Of a stretch of 64,000 bases of DNA, positions 27,184-37,313 are shown piece by piece. Source of the DNA: a virus. The notes under the pieces are model-generated. The model was not told where the DNA came from. It saw nothing but the letters and a program-made list of their open reading frames with translations, and did not search any database. The position numbers and the translations under genes were made by a program. How positions within the stretch are numbered: the first letter of the stretch is position 1; every line of letters starts with the position of its first letter. The stretch spans positions 1-64,000 of IMG/VR virus record IMGVR_UViG_3300005841_000001. One strand, 5' to 3'.

Positions 27184-28985
27184 GGCTTGCCACCGAGGTT
27201 GCGCAGGTCGTCCAGGACCGGCTTCAGAGCCGTGGCGACGTCGGCGAAGATCTTCTCGACGGTGGCGAACTGCGGACCCGGCTTCGGCGCGTCGTTGCCG
27301 AGCTTGAAGCCCTCGACCGGCTCGGCGACCGGGTCGAACCCGTTCCAGTCGTGCACGATGATCGCGAGGTTCGCCTTGGACAGAGTGCGCAGGAACCAGC
27401 CTCCGAGGTCGTCGCCTTCGCCAGTCCGCAGCAGGCCACCACGCTCCACCTCGCGGTCGACGACCGCGCGAACACGGTCGACACCCACGATCGTGACGCC
27501 GTCCCGCCGCGTCCGGATCTTGAACTGGGCGATCTGGTTGTCCTTGTTCGCCAGCACCTCGCGCAGCTTCTGATCGAGCGTGACGTCTCCGGAGCCCTTG
27601 ATGTGGCGCTCGAGCAGGACGAAGGCGTCGTGGATGATCTTCTCGAACTCGTTACGATCGGTGCGCGCATCGTGCAGATCGCCCTCGAGGGTGAGGATCC
27701 GGCGCTGGAACGCGTCGATCACTTCGGTGATCCGCTCGTCCAGGGGCTTGCCACTCGGGTGCGGCTGGCACTGACTCAACAGACGGAACGCGTTCTCGGT
27801 CTTCCGCTCGACCTCGGCGAACGCGGTGGTCAGCTGCGTGATCTTTGCGGCCGCGGCCTGCTCGGCGTGTGCGGTGGCCGTTGAACGCGCCGTGACGCGC
27901 GCCTGCCCCAGCGCCGTTTCGACCATCGCGCCGATGTGGTCGCTCGGCGTCGCGCCGAGGGTGACCAGGTGCCCGGCCAGCTGGGTGACTTCTTCGTCGC
28001 GCTCCTGTGCGCGCTTCAGCGCGTGGTCAAGCCAGTCCATCGGCTCGGCCGGGATGATGTTCCGCGGCCTCGGCATGTCGTACCTGCCGAGCAGGTTGTT
28101 GACCTCTTCGCGGACCCGGTTGGCGCCGCGCTCCTCGGTCACCTCGAAGGCGTGCCGCAGCATCGCGATCGTCTCCAGCCGGGAGTCACCGCCTCGTGCA
28201 ATGGCCAGCTGTTGAACTTCGCCCAGCGCCGTCGACTGCATGCGGGCGAGATGCGGACTGGTCTGCCGGTTGGCGTCGCGCTGTTCGGCGTACCGCCGGG
28301 CCGCTATCCGGGCGATGCTGTCGAGCGTCATCGAACCGTCGTCGACGATCGGCAGCAGCGCCGCGCGGGTCTTGGTGACCGTGTCGGACTGGTCGACGAA
28401 CAGGCGGATCAGGTGCGCGATCCGCTCGGGAACCGACGGGTTGCTCTGGTGCGGGCCCGGGATCCCGAAGCCGTCCAGCGCGGCGCGGATGGCCTCCATC
28501 TCCATCTCCGGTGTGATCGCCGCGGCGACCTGCTCGACGTTTTCGGCCGTCTCCTCGCGCAGCTCGAGGTCGTCGGGGTGCACGCCGATGGCGGTGTACC
28601 AGCCGGCGAGTCGTGTCGGACCGTTCTCGGCGTGGTAGCGCACCGCGTAGCGCGGCTTCCCGTCCACGGTGCCGCGGCCTTCGATGGTGCCGTCGAGCCA
28701 TTCGGAATTGCCGAGGGTGTCGAGACGACGCAGCCGAACCGGTGCGTCCTCGGCGATCGGCGCGGTCGAGCGCAGCAGGCGGACGTGCCGGCGGGTGCCG
28801 GGCGCGGCGCGGTCGATGATGGTCCAACTGCCGTCGTCCTCGACGACGCGCACGGTGCCGCCGGTGTGGGATGCCGTGCCCTCGACGATCAATTCGTCGT
28901 CCTGGAACAGCAGCACGCGATCGCCGTCGGAGAGATACCGGGCCTCGGTGGGGATGCCGCGTTCGCGCGGCTCGATGGTGGTCAT
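27180..28985 (-). CDS. large coiled-coil hypothetical protein (leaderless)
   Basis: 601 aa, heptad-rich; ATG 6 nt after the -10 box. Confidence 0.75.
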   Translation of the reverse strand: MTTIEPRERGIPTEARYLSDGDRVLLFQDDELIVEGTASHTGGTVRVVEDDGSWTIIDRAAPGTRRHVRLLRSTAPIAEDAPVRLRRLDTLGNSEWLDGTIEGRGTVDGKPRYAVRYHAENGPTRLAGWYTAIGVHPDDLELREETAENVEQVAAAITPEMEMEAIRAALDGFGIPGPHQSNPSVPERIAHLIRLFVDQSDTVTKTRAALLPIVDDGSMTLDSIARIAARRYAEQRDANRQTSPHLARMQSTALGEVQQLAIARGGDSRLETIAMLRHAFEVTEERGANRVREEVNNLLGRYDMPRPRNIIPAEPMDWLDHALKRAQERDEEVTQLAGHLVTLGATPSDHIGAMVETALGQARVTARSTATAHAEQAAAAKITQLTTAFAEVERKTENAFRLLSQCQPHPSGKPLDERITEVIDAFQRRILTLEGDLHDARTDRNEFEKIIHDAFVLLERHIKGSGDVTLDQKLREVLANKDNQIAQFKIRTRRDGVTIVGVDRVRAVVDREVERGGLLRTGEGDDLGGWFLRTLSKANLAIIVHDWNGFDPVAEPVEGFKLGNDAPKPGPQFATVEKIFADVATALKPVLDDLRNLGGKP

Positions 28986-28991
28986 CCCACG

Positions 28992-29020
28992 AGACTAGCC
29001 GAGCAGACCCGGCGAGTCAA
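28992..29020 (-). promoter_or_regulatory. operator-promoter element 5
   Basis: TTGACT-CGCCGGGTCTGCTCGGC-TAGTCT. Confidence 0.85.
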
Positions 29021-29027
29021 CGAGGGT

Positions 29028-29774
29028 CTAGAAGCACAGCGCGCGCAAGGTGGCCAGCATCATCACGAACTGGACATTCTGGCCATTGGCGTTCTTGTGG
29101 ATCCGGTCCGGCATGTCTTCCTGGTTCAGATCATCACCGCGGAAGCCCCACTCCTCGGCCAAGTAGACAGCCCCGTTCGCGGTCGCCAACGCGCGGATCG
29201 CATCCCGGTACGGCAGCTGACTGCCCCGAGTGGACGTGAGCGAGGTGTTGTAGATCCACGGCATGTGCACCAGGACGATCAACGAGTCCGGCGACAGCGT
29301 GTGGACTCGGTCGATGATCTGCTGGTACTGCACCGAAAACTGCGCGACCGGGATGTTGCCGGCCCAGTCGTTCGTGCCCCACCCCATGAGCACCACGCTC
29401 GGGTGGTTGACGGTGAATTCGATGTGGCCGCTGTATTTCGCGCCGGCCACGTAGTCCGCGGTCGCCGAACCGCCGATCGCTCCGCCGATCCACACCTGCG
29501 CGTTCGGTGCGCCGTCGGAGCGCAGGGCCTCGCCAAGTAGTGCGGTCGATCGACGGCTCAGGTCGCTGACGGAATCCCCGAGGGTCAGCGAGTCGCCCAA
29601 CGCATCGACGGTCGGCGAGCCGCCGGCGAGCGCCACGCACCAGGCGTCTCGAGGGGAGGCGAACGTGGCGGCGGTGGTGGATGTGGCGACCGACGTGGTA
29701 GTGGCCGCCGAGGGCGAGCAGAGTAGCGCGGCCGCCGCGACGAACATCGCGACATAGGACATGATGCGTTTCAT
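29028..29774 (-). CDS. secreted SGNH/GDSL esterase
   Basis: Signal peptide; GDSLT, G, GTND, D-x-x-H. Confidence 0.88.
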   Translation of the reverse strand: MKRIMSYVAMFVAAAALLCSPSAATTTSVATSTTAATFASPRDAWCVALAGGSPTVDALGDSLTLGDSVSDLSRRSTALLGEALRSDGAPNAQVWIGGAIGGSATADYVAGAKYSGHIEFTVNHPSVVLMGWGTNDWAGNIPVAQFSVQYQQIIDRVHTLSPDSLIVLVHMPWIYNTSLTSTRGSQLPYRDAIRALATANGAVYLAEEWGFRGDDLNQEDMPDRIHKNANGQNVQFVMMLATLRALCF

Positions 29775-31270
29775 CAGGGCCCCTTGATGCATTCGATGAA
29801 CAGTTTCGGCAGGTGGGTACCGGCGACATACGCCTGCGTGAGATTGCCGGCCGAACTGTCAGTGGCGTTGAACGTGGCCACTACAGTGTAAGTGGCAGTG
29901 GAGGGCGCAACGAACTCGCTACACAGTGAGACCGGCGTGTAGTAGGCACTGGACAAGCCGCCACGCTCGGTGCCGTCGAAAACCGTTCCGGTCACGTCCG
30001 TACTTGAGGAGGTGGCCTTGTATCGAAGCTTGATCGCGAACGGATTGGTGATCAGGTTCGCATTGGTATTCGCATTGGAACTGAAAAGACTGGCGCCCCA
30101 CGTCGCTTTGTACCGTCGTCCAGACACTGCCGAGAAAGTAACGAAGCAGCCGACTTTCTCGGTGGTGCCGGAGCCGGTGACGGCCGCCGTCGGGAAGTGC
30201 TCGCCGACGTAGCCGACGGCGTCGAGGCCGTTGAGCGTGGTTTGCAGGCTGGTGACGTCGGCGATGGCGTGCGTGTGCACCGACGCCGCCTTGCCGGCCA
30301 GCGCCGTCGTCGCCGCGGTCGAGAGCGGCTTCGCCGCGTCCGAGGTGTTGTCGACGCTGCCCAGGCCGACGTCGGACTTGGTCAGCGTCACCGCGCCCGT
30401 GCGGCCGGCCACCGAGGTCACCGCGTCCGTCGGGGTGAGCACCTGTGCCCAGTTCGCCAGCGTCGAGGCTGGCTCGGCGGCGAGGATGAACGCCGCGCCG
30501 AGGTCGGTCCGGTTGCACCAGTCACCCCGCTGACCGACCAGCCCGAGCATCGCCGCCTGCGAACCGACAGCACCCAGGTAGTCCGAGATCGCGATGCTGG
30601 GCAGCTGGGAGGCCGGGATCAGGCCGCCCGAGTCGAGCGAGGCGACGCCGTTGGAGACGCCCACCAGCGCGGTCGCGACGTACCCGGTGAGTGGGTCCAC
30701 CCCGCCGGGGGCGTGCCGGGTGGCGTGGTTGGGTGGGTGGTTCTCCAGCGTCACCACCCGGGCGTCAACGGCGTCGAGTTCATCCTGCGGGGCGTAGCCG
30801 TGGCCGGTGGCGTCAATGTCCGAAGCGGTGAGCGGCACATTGCCGTCGACATCCGGGCCAACGCCGGCCACGGTCTTGATCTCGAACGCCGAGGACGGCA
30901 CCGGGTCGACCTTGGTGACCTCACGCAGGACCACCGCACCCGGCAGCGACGGCAGCTTGATCGAGAAGTCTTCGCGGACGAATGCGTCGATGCCCAGGTC
31001 CCCGATCGAGCCGGGCGGGCCCACCTGGATCGTGACTTCGTAGGTCCAGCCGACCGGCGTCACGCCGGGGCCGTCGTTGGCCAGCAGCTCGACCGACAGG
31101 TTGCCGGCGGAGGACAGGTGCGCGACCACCGGCGCGCCGGCCGGCACCATCGCGGCGTTGTGCTTCACCGTCACCGACGGCCGGAAGATCACTCGACCGC
31201 CGAGCGGGTTGCCGGCGCCGTCCTCGAAATGGTCGGTGACCGTGACGCGAGTCGGTGGATCAAGTGGCAT
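29774..31270 (-). CDS. tail-fibre-like virion protein
   Basis: VTSVAGRTGAVTLTKSDVGL-x-x-VDNTSD-x-x-KP and HTH-x-IADVT fibre repeats; NGVASLD. Confidence 0.75.
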   Translation of the reverse strand: MPLDPPTRVTVTDHFEDGAGNPLGGRVIFRPSVTVKHNAAMVPAGAPVVAHLSSAGNLSVELLANDGPGVTPVGWTYEVTIQVGPPGSIGDLGIDAFVREDFSIKLPSLPGAVVLREVTKVDPVPSSAFEIKTVAGVGPDVDGNVPLTASDIDATGHGYAPQDELDAVDARVVTLENHPPNHATRHAPGGVDPLTGYVATALVGVSNGVASLDSGGLIPASQLPSIAISDYLGAVGSQAAMLGLVGQRGDWCNRTDLGAAFILAAEPASTLANWAQVLTPTDAVTSVAGRTGAVTLTKSDVGLGSVDNTSDAAKPLSTAATTALAGKAASVHTHAIADVTSLQTTLNGLDAVGYVGEHFPTAAVTGSGTTEKVGCFVTFSAVSGRRYKATWGASLFSSNANTNANLITNPFAIKLRYKATSSSTDVTGTVFDGTERGGLSSAYYTPVSLCSEFVAPSTATYTVVATFNATDSSAGNLTQAYVAGTHLPKLFIECIKGP

Positions 31271-31316
31271 GAGGGCAGGCTACGGGCGCGATGAGCCGGC
31301 CCGGCGGAGGCGCGCG

Positions 31317-31661
31317 TCAGTGCGCGTTGCGCTTCGCCTGCTCGGCGATCCTGGCCTGCTCGGCTTCTTCTTGCTCGTTGATCCAGATCAGCGAGCTGGT
31401 GCCCGGTGCCCACTCGTACCGGTCCCACCGCCACGTCGTGTTGCACTGGACGCACTGGATCCGGGTGCCGAGCTTGCGGAACGGACGCCACCACGGCAGC
31501 GAGCAGTCGTGCTGCTCCGGAGGCGGGCGCCGGTCCAGCGCCCGGAACCGCGACCGCCGACCCGATGCGGTTTCGATGTACAGCACCCCGGCGACCGCGA
31601 TACCCACCGCGATGATCAGCAGAACAGCCGGGAAAACGTCCGGCGTGCGCACGACCATCAC
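31317..31661 (-). CDS. membrane-anchored hypothetical protein
   Basis: N-terminal TM, CxxC. Confidence 0.6.
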   Translation of the reverse strand: MMVVRTPDVFPAVLLIIAVGIAVAGVLYIETASGRRSRFRALDRRPPPEQHDCSLPWWRPFRKLGTRIQCVQCNTTWRWDRYEWAPGTSSLIWINEQEEAEQARIAEQAKRNAH

Positions 31662-31939
31662 GGCCTCCAGGACAGGTACATCGGCCGAATGGTCACCTCG
31701 GCCACTTCGTACGGGTCAACCAGCTGAGTGCCGTACATCTCCCACCAGGTCGCGGCCACCTCCCGGCTGGGGAACGGACCGACCGGCGACGGCACCGGTC
31801 GACCTGCGGGAGTGCTGGCCTTGATCTCGACCTGGAACTGCTCAACCGGCTCGCGGCGCTCCGCGGGCGGCCGCGGCGCCGGCGAGCCGGTCGCCAGGCG
31901 GAACAGCCGGCGACGTTCGTCTTCACTCAGCTGTGTCAT
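31658..31939 (-). CDS. hypothetical protein
   Basis: Coupled ORF. Confidence 0.55.
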   Translation of the reverse strand: MTQLSEDERRRLFRLATGSPAPRPPAERREPVEQFQVEIKASTPAGRPVPSPVGPFPSREVAATWWEMYGTQLVDPYEVAEVTIRPMYLSWRP

Positions 31940-32104
31940 CGGGTGCCTCGGTTCGGGTGTACATCTCACGGTCGGTGTGCACGCGCTCGTCGAGCTCCAT
32001 CCCGCAGTAGCAGAGGCCCGGGTTGTCCGGGTCCGGCTCGGCTTCGTGCATCCCGATGTAGCTCATGATCGTGTCGCAAAACTTGATCTTCATCGACACT
32101 GGAA

Positions 32105-32326
32105 TCACCTCGGACCTCGTGTTGGCCAGTGCGCTGCGCCGGGGTAGCCCGGCCACCGCTTGAACTTCTGCTCGCGCCCGCCCCGTTGCGACTGGTGCGG
32201 GATGTCCGGCCCGATCGAGAACGCGAACTGACGGGCCGTGCACCGGCGGCAGTAGCGTGCCCACAGCCGCCGGAGCCCGGTCATCCCGATGCCGCACCAC
32301 TCGCAACACTTTCGCTTGCGGGCCAC
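32105..32326 (-). CDS. small Zn-finger protein
   Basis: Two CxxC motifs; GGAGG RBS. Confidence 0.55.
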   Translation of the reverse strand: MARKRKCCEWCGIGMTGLRRLWARYCRRCTARQFAFSIGPDIPHQSQRGGREQKFKRWPGYPGAAHWPTRGPR

Positions 32327-32438
32327 GATGTTCCCTCCGGCATCAGCGCCTCGGCCAGCAGCACGAGACGCGCGTCACTCATGATCGAATCGAAGATCGG
32401 GAGGCCCGTGTTCAGCTCGAGCACGGGACTCCCGTCTT

Positions 32439-32669
32439 CTACTGGCGGGACGCCCACTTGATCCCCATCAAACCCAGTCCGGTGCCGATGGCCACACCGG
32501 CGAGGGCGAACACCGAGCCGTAGACGTACCCGGCGAACTGCGTCGCCGCCCACACCTCGTGAACCCCATAGACGACGGAACCGATCATCACGGGCAGCAC
32601 CACCAACCACGTCCCCAGCAGGATCGCGCCCCGCCGAAGGGTCGCCGCCAGATCGTGCCGCGCGGTCAC
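32439..32669 (-). CDS. 2-TM membrane protein
   Basis: Two hydrophobic helices; GTGA overlap. Confidence 0.6.
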   Translation of the reverse strand: MTARHDLAATLRRGAILLGTWLVVLPVMIGSVVYGVHEVWAATQFAGYVYGSVFALAGVAIGTGLGLMGIKWASRQ

Positions 32670-33148
32670 TCCTCGACCCCGCGTAACGACGCGCGCATCA
32701 CCACGACGACGGTGTCCGCCGGCTGCGTCTTGATCGCCGCGTAGTACGTCGGCAAGTCGCCCACCGGCGTCCCCGCCGCGAACTCCTCGGCGGACATGAG
32801 GACACCCTGCGCCGAGCCGCCCTCGTCGATCCAGCCCTTGACGAAGTCGCCCGGCTCGGGGTGCAGCAACCGGCGGTACTTGCTCGCCCGCTCCTTGAGC
32901 CGCTCGATCTCCTGGGACTGCTCGCTCAGGGCGCGAACGAACTCGGGCGTTCCGTGACCGGCGAAGTGCTCACGCAGCTCACCCTCGAGTCGCTCGAGGT
33001 CCGACATCCGGGCCACCGACGTCAGCACGTGACGGCCGAAGACCGCCTCCAGCGCCGTCTCCGGCACCTCGGCCGGCGTGAACTCCAGCTCCCAGACGCA
33101 CGCCGGCAGCGGGCATCGGATCTTCTGCCGGTTCAGTGCCGCCGTCAT
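32666..33148 (-). CDS. hypothetical protein
   Basis: ATGA overlap. Confidence 0.65.
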   Translation of the reverse strand: MTAALNRQKIRCPLPACVWELEFTPAEVPETALEAVFGRHVLTSVARMSDLERLEGELREHFAGHGTPEFVRALSEQSQEIERLKERASKYRRLLHPEPGDFVKGWIDEGGSAQGVLMSAEEFAAGTPVGDLPTYYAAIKTQPADTVVVVMRASLRGVEE

Positions 33149-33474
33149 ACTGCGACCGGGCGAACAGCCTCGAGCTCCTCGAGAGCCTTGAGATCGTCGC
33201 TGTCGTCGTCCTCGTTACGCTCCGGCTCGGTGTCGGCCGGCTGCTGGTCCGCGTCCGCGTCGACGCGCTCGAGCGCCGCGCGCTCCTCGGCCGCCTCGAC
33301 GGCCGGCCGGATGTGCGTCGCCTTGCAGGCGTAGACGCGCACCGGCTTGCCGTCCGGGCCCTCCGAGGTCAGCCGGCGACCCTTCGGCTTGTCGTCGCCG
33401 ACGACCACGTGCACGACGTCGCACTTGGGCGCGTCGCACTCGAACTTCGTGGCCTCGGCCTTGCTCTCCGCCAT
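33145..33474 (-). CDS. small Cys-containing hypothetical protein
   Basis: GAGGAAGG RBS; start at MAESK. Confidence 0.65.
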   Translation of the reverse strand: MAESKAEATKFECDAPKCDVVHVVVGDDKPKGRRLTSEGPDGKPVRVYACKATHIRPAVEAAEERAALERVDADADQQPADTEPERNEDDDSDDLKALEELEAVRPVAV

Positions 33475-33625
33475 GATCGTTTTCCTTCCTCGATCCACCA
33501 TGGACAGTCCACGATGGAAGTCACTCAGGCCCAGAGTTTCCCGCAGCGCGTGCAAACCCAATACGGACCGTACTTCCCCCAGCGCGGCCGGACGCGGTGC
33601 TGCCACCATCGACGGCAACGCGCGA

Positions 33626-34066
33626 TCACGGCTTCGGCTCCTCGCCCGACGCGCCGTCGGCCAGCCACCCGCCGAGCCGGCGCAAGTAATCCAGCGCCTC
33701 GGTGCATGCCGGCACCGTGGTTGTCGCGCCTCCGAGCTGGTCGGCCGCGTGCCCGAGCCACTGTCCGGCAACGACCAGCTGAAGCCGCTGCGCGGCCTTC
33801 GCGTCGAGCTGCTGTCGCCGGTTCAGCACCGCCCGCGCCGCGACCATCCAGTCTTCCCACTCGTAGGTGTCGCCACCCGGCAACGCCTCGAGCAACGTCA
33901 TCACGATCTCGTTCGCCTCCGCCACCTCAGCGGCCCTGTCCCGCGCACTCATGATCAACCTTCCATCGCAAAAGGGCGGACGGGGCTCGCCGAGCCCCCA
34001 CCGGCCACCACAGCCTCGGCACTGCCACGTGACGCCGTCCGGCGAACCGTGCAGCTGATGCCTCAC
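33626..34066 (-). CDS. hypothetical protein
   Basis: GTGA overlap; alternative start at 33952. Confidence 0.5.
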   Translation of the reverse strand: MRHQLHGSPDGVTWQCRGCGGRWGLGEPRPPFCDGRLIMSARDRAAEVAEANEIVMTLLEALPGGDTYEWEDWMVAARAVLNRRQQLDAKAAQRLQLVVAGQWLGHAADQLGGATTTVPACTEALDYLRRLGGWLADGASGEEPKP

Positions 34067-35331
34067 GCCCGCTCCAGCCAATACGTCGCCGGCTCGCACA
34101 CCGTGCAACGACGCAGCACGTGGTCCGTCGTGACGCCCTGCTCGACAATCTGGTGATCGGCCACGTGGTGGAACCGGCAGTCCGTCGTCAGCTGGAAGTC
34201 GCGGTCCAGGACCGGGACGAAGTCCCGCGGCATCTCCGGCTTCCCGACCTCGACGATCGCCTGCTCGTAGCCGGACTGCTTCGCGATCCGGCGGCGGCCG
34301 TACTCCGAGCGCACCAGACGCTCGCCGTAGACCGCGCCTTCCTCCGAGATCGTGTCGAACTGCCGCGCCAGCCGCAGGATGTCGTCCTTGAGGGTCGCCG
34401 GGAAGACGTGGTCGTCCAGGCCCTCGCCCCAGTTGCGCACCCGCGCGGCCATGTCGCCCGGGCCGGACGGCCCGTGATCCCACTCGGCCGCCGACGACGA
34501 CAGCTCACGCCACTGCAACTTCAGGTTCCAGTACCGCTGCCCTTCGAGCAGTACCCGGTCGCGGTAGCCGGCCAGGGCCTTGTTCCAGGTCTCGCGCATC
34601 CACGCCGGCAGCTCGGGGTGCAGCGGCCCCGGCTCCTCGACCGCGTCCGGGTGCATCGCCGAGACGGACTCGCCGAGGGGGAGCGGGCCGCCGGTCACCA
34701 CGCCGCTCGGCTGCTTCGCGCCCGGCGCCGGTAGGTACTTGGTACCAGCCGGCAGGACCAACGTCGCCCGCTGGTCGCGAGCGCTACGGAACCGCTTCGC
34801 GAGCTCGGCGAGCTGCTCCGGCGTCAACGTGCCCGAGACCTTCAGCACGCCGCCCGGCAGCGTGTAGATCGTGGTGGTCGTCGACGCTGCGGGACCGCGG
34901 CGTGCCGCGAGGGCGTCTTTGCGGGTCCAGTGCCGGAACAACGACCGGCCGAGGAACCACAGCACCGCCACCGTCATGACGATCATGAAGAACCCGGCGA
35001 CCGCCGTCGGGCCGCCCGCGATCATCACCGGCGACAAAGAGATCACGATCGCAAGGAACGGGTGCTCGCGCAGCCAGCCCCACGTCGCCTCGAGCGGGTT
35101 ACGACGTATCGAACGCTGCTGCTTCTTCTTCAGCTGTGCGATCTCGAAGTGCCGTTCGTCCACCTTGGACCCCCACAACTTGATCTCTTCCGACGTGCGC
35201 GATGCGTAGAGCACCGCAGTGTCCATCTCCAGCAGCTTCTCGGCCTCGACCAGCGCCTTAGCGAGATCCGCCTGATGGTTTTCCAGCTGCTTCAGCTGCG
35301 CCACCAGATCGTGCAGGCTGTGACGGCTCAC
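34063..35331 (-). CDS. membrane protein with coiled coil
   Basis: Two TM segments after an N-terminal coiled coil. Confidence 0.7.
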   Translation of the reverse strand: MSRHSLHDLVAQLKQLENHQADLAKALVEAEKLLEMDTAVLYASRTSEEIKLWGSKVDERHFEIAQLKKKQQRSIRRNPLEATWGWLREHPFLAIVISLSPVMIAGGPTAVAGFFMIVMTVAVLWFLGRSLFRHWTRKDALAARRGPAASTTTTIYTLPGGVLKVSGTLTPEQLAELAKRFRSARDQRATLVLPAGTKYLPAPGAKQPSGVVTGGPLPLGESVSAMHPDAVEEPGPLHPELPAWMRETWNKALAGYRDRVLLEGQRYWNLKLQWRELSSSAAEWDHGPSGPGDMAARVRNWGEGLDDHVFPATLKDDILRLARQFDTISEEGAVYGERLVRSEYGRRRIAKQSGYEQAIVEVGKPEMPRDFVPVLDRDFQLTTDCRFHHVADHQIVEQGVTTDHVLRRCTVCEPATYWLERA

Positions 35332-35822
35332 GACCGGAACCGCCGTTCGACCTCATCGGTGATCTGGCTCGCGTCGGCGCGCTCGGCCGTGAACTCCCAG
35401 TGCGACAGCACCAGCAGCAGCGCGATCGTGGCGAGGCCGGCGAACAGCGGCCACCATCCCCCGTGCAGCTCACGAAGCGCGTTCCAAGCGGCAGCGACCG
35501 GGTAGGACGCCAGACCGATGCCGAACCACACCGGGTGCAGCGGCTTGCGCCAGACCGCCAACATCCGAACCGTGCCCGGACCCTGCCGCCACCCGAGCCA
35601 CACCCGGCGCAGCTTGAACTCGAAAAACGCGTAGACCCGGCGCCCGGGACCCATCGCAAGACCCATGATCACCAGCGTCATGGGCCACTCGACCAGGGCG
35701 TAGAAGACGTCCCCGACGTACAGGCCGAAGATCGACGGCAACAGGACGAGCAGCAGGCAGACGGCCGCGACGATGCGGATCGGCCAGCGCAAACGGCTGG
35801 GCTCGAGGATGACGCGGAACAT
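35328..35822 (-). CDS. 4-TM membrane protein
   Basis: GGAGG RBS; hydrophobic segments. Confidence 0.7.
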   Translation of the reverse strand: MFRVILEPSRLRWPIRIVAAVCLLLVLLPSIFGLYVGDVFYALVEWPMTLVIMGLAMGPGRRVYAFFEFKLRRVWLGWRQGPGTVRMLAVWRKPLHPVWFGIGLASYPVAAAWNALRELHGGWWPLFAGLATIALLLVLSHWEFTAERADASQITDEVERRFRS

Positions 35823-35854
35823 GGGTCCCTCCCGGGGAAGACGGTGATGGATCG

Positions 35855-35883
35855 AGACTAGCCGAGTTCGGTCGGCTTTTCAA
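35855..35883 (-). promoter_or_regulatory. operator-promoter element 6
   Basis: TTGAAA-AGCCGACCGAACTCGGC-TAGTCT. Confidence 0.8.
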
Positions 35884-36538
35884 GCGCCTGCATCGGTTCG
35901 GTCAGCGTCGCCACCCCGGACCGGACGGCCAGCTCCTCGCCCGGCTCGCGCGCGGTCAGGCCCTCCAGCAACGTGCTCAGTTCGGGCGAAGCCGACCAGA
36001 ACGTCAGCGGCAGCCGCCACCAGTAGTGCCACCGCTGCGGGCCGCCGGTGATCGGCGTCAGCCCCCGCATGCGCACCGCGCCGAGCGACTTCAGCGTGGC
36101 CGCCACGCTCGTCTCCAGCGTCGCCGCCGGGAAGCGCTGCCCCAGGTTCACCTCGGCCCACCGGGCGACCGCCGCCGGCTGGACGTGGGCGTGGATCCGG
36201 CCCGAGCGGGCGCGTGCCAGCACCGGCGTGCCCTCGGCCGCAGCCACGTCGTACTCGGCCAGCGGCGGCAGCGCCGCGAGGTAAGCGCGTAGTGCTTCAC
36301 CGACCTCGTGGACGCGCCGCTCCTCCATGCTCGCGTCCTTGATACCGGCGAGTAGGTCGACGAAGTCGCGGATGTCGTCGGCGTTGAACCACTCGGTGTG
36401 CGAGCCATCCCGGAACACCAGGCAGGGCAGCAGGCCGGCGTGGACGAACTCGCGGATCTTCTCCGGCTTCACTTTCGCCAGCAGCGCCGCGTCGGTGATC
36501 GACAGCGGGTAGCCGACGGGCCGGTTCTGCTTGGTCAT
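35858..36538 (-). CDS. N-terminal MerR/Xis-like HTH protein (leaderless)
   Basis: LSITDAA-x-LA-x-V-x-P-x-x-IR-x-FV-x-AGLLP...F-x-x-x-DI. Confidence 0.7.
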   Translation of the reverse strand: MTKQNRPVGYPLSITDAALLAKVKPEKIREFVHAGLLPCLVFRDGSHTEWFNADDIRDFVDLLAGIKDASMEERRVHEVGEALRAYLAALPPLAEYDVAAAEGTPVLARARSGRIHAHVQPAAVARWAEVNLGQRFPAATLETSVAATLKSLGAVRMRGLTPITGGPQRWHYWWRLPLTFWSASPELSTLLEGLTAREPGEELAVRSGVATLTEPMQALEKPTELG

Positions 36539-36544
36539 GGTGCC

Positions 36545-36574
36545 ACTCTAGTAGCTGCTTGGACTTGCATGCAA
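36545..36574 (-). promoter_or_regulatory. operator-less SigA-type promoter with a GTCCA box in the spacer
   Basis: TTGCAT-18 bp-TAGAGT-6 nt-ATG. Confidence 0.6.
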
Positions 36575-37313
36575 GGTTCATGTGCTTGGTCTAATTGATC
36601 TTGCCGAAAGATTTCCTGTCAGACCTCGACCATGCTGGAGGTTGCAAACGCACACCTGCGGATTGTCGCCCTGTGTGAGCGGTTTTCGTAACAGTTCAGT
36701 CTCGTGCATGCGGATGCTATCGTTATGTTTCCACGATGTGGGATGTCCAAGATCACCGTTAGTTAGCAACATGCCCAGGTCAGACGCTACGACAAACGGG
36801 TGATGGACATCGTGGACGTCCACCCCGGGACATGCATGTCCACCCCGCCCGCCGGCGCCCGAGACGACCGCCACGATCCCCGGACACCAGGCCTGGCCTC
36901 GGCACACGCGGACGGCGGCCCGAGGACGCGCAGGCGGGCGCACGGGCTGGAAGCGGCCTGGTGGACATCCATGGGCAAAAGATGGTCGTCCACCTTGATC
37001 GACTTCTAACCCGCAGGTCGGGGCAGCCTTTTAAGGCATGTGATCTTGTATTGGACATTGGACGGGCAAAAAACGCGTTTTTGAGCTTGATGTGGTGTAC
37101 ATATGCTTACTGAGAATAAAGCTGCATTGCCTAGCATCCTGTAGCGAGTTGGTCGTCCACGTCCAGTGAGGCGTTTTCCCAGGTCAGAGTACGTATAGGG
37201 TGGACATCCTACAGATGGTAGGCGTCCACTACGGAGAGCTAGGTAGCTTGACCTGCAAGTTTACCTACCGGTTACCGTAGCGGTGGACGTCCATGTACAT
37301 GCATGGATGTCCA
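36560..37313. repeat. non-coding island with TGGAC/GTCCA iterons (candidate origin or packaging site)
   Basis: 16 TGGAC/GTCCA boxes counted by eye in about 750 bp; AT-richer; between divergent gene blocks. Confidence 0.65.
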
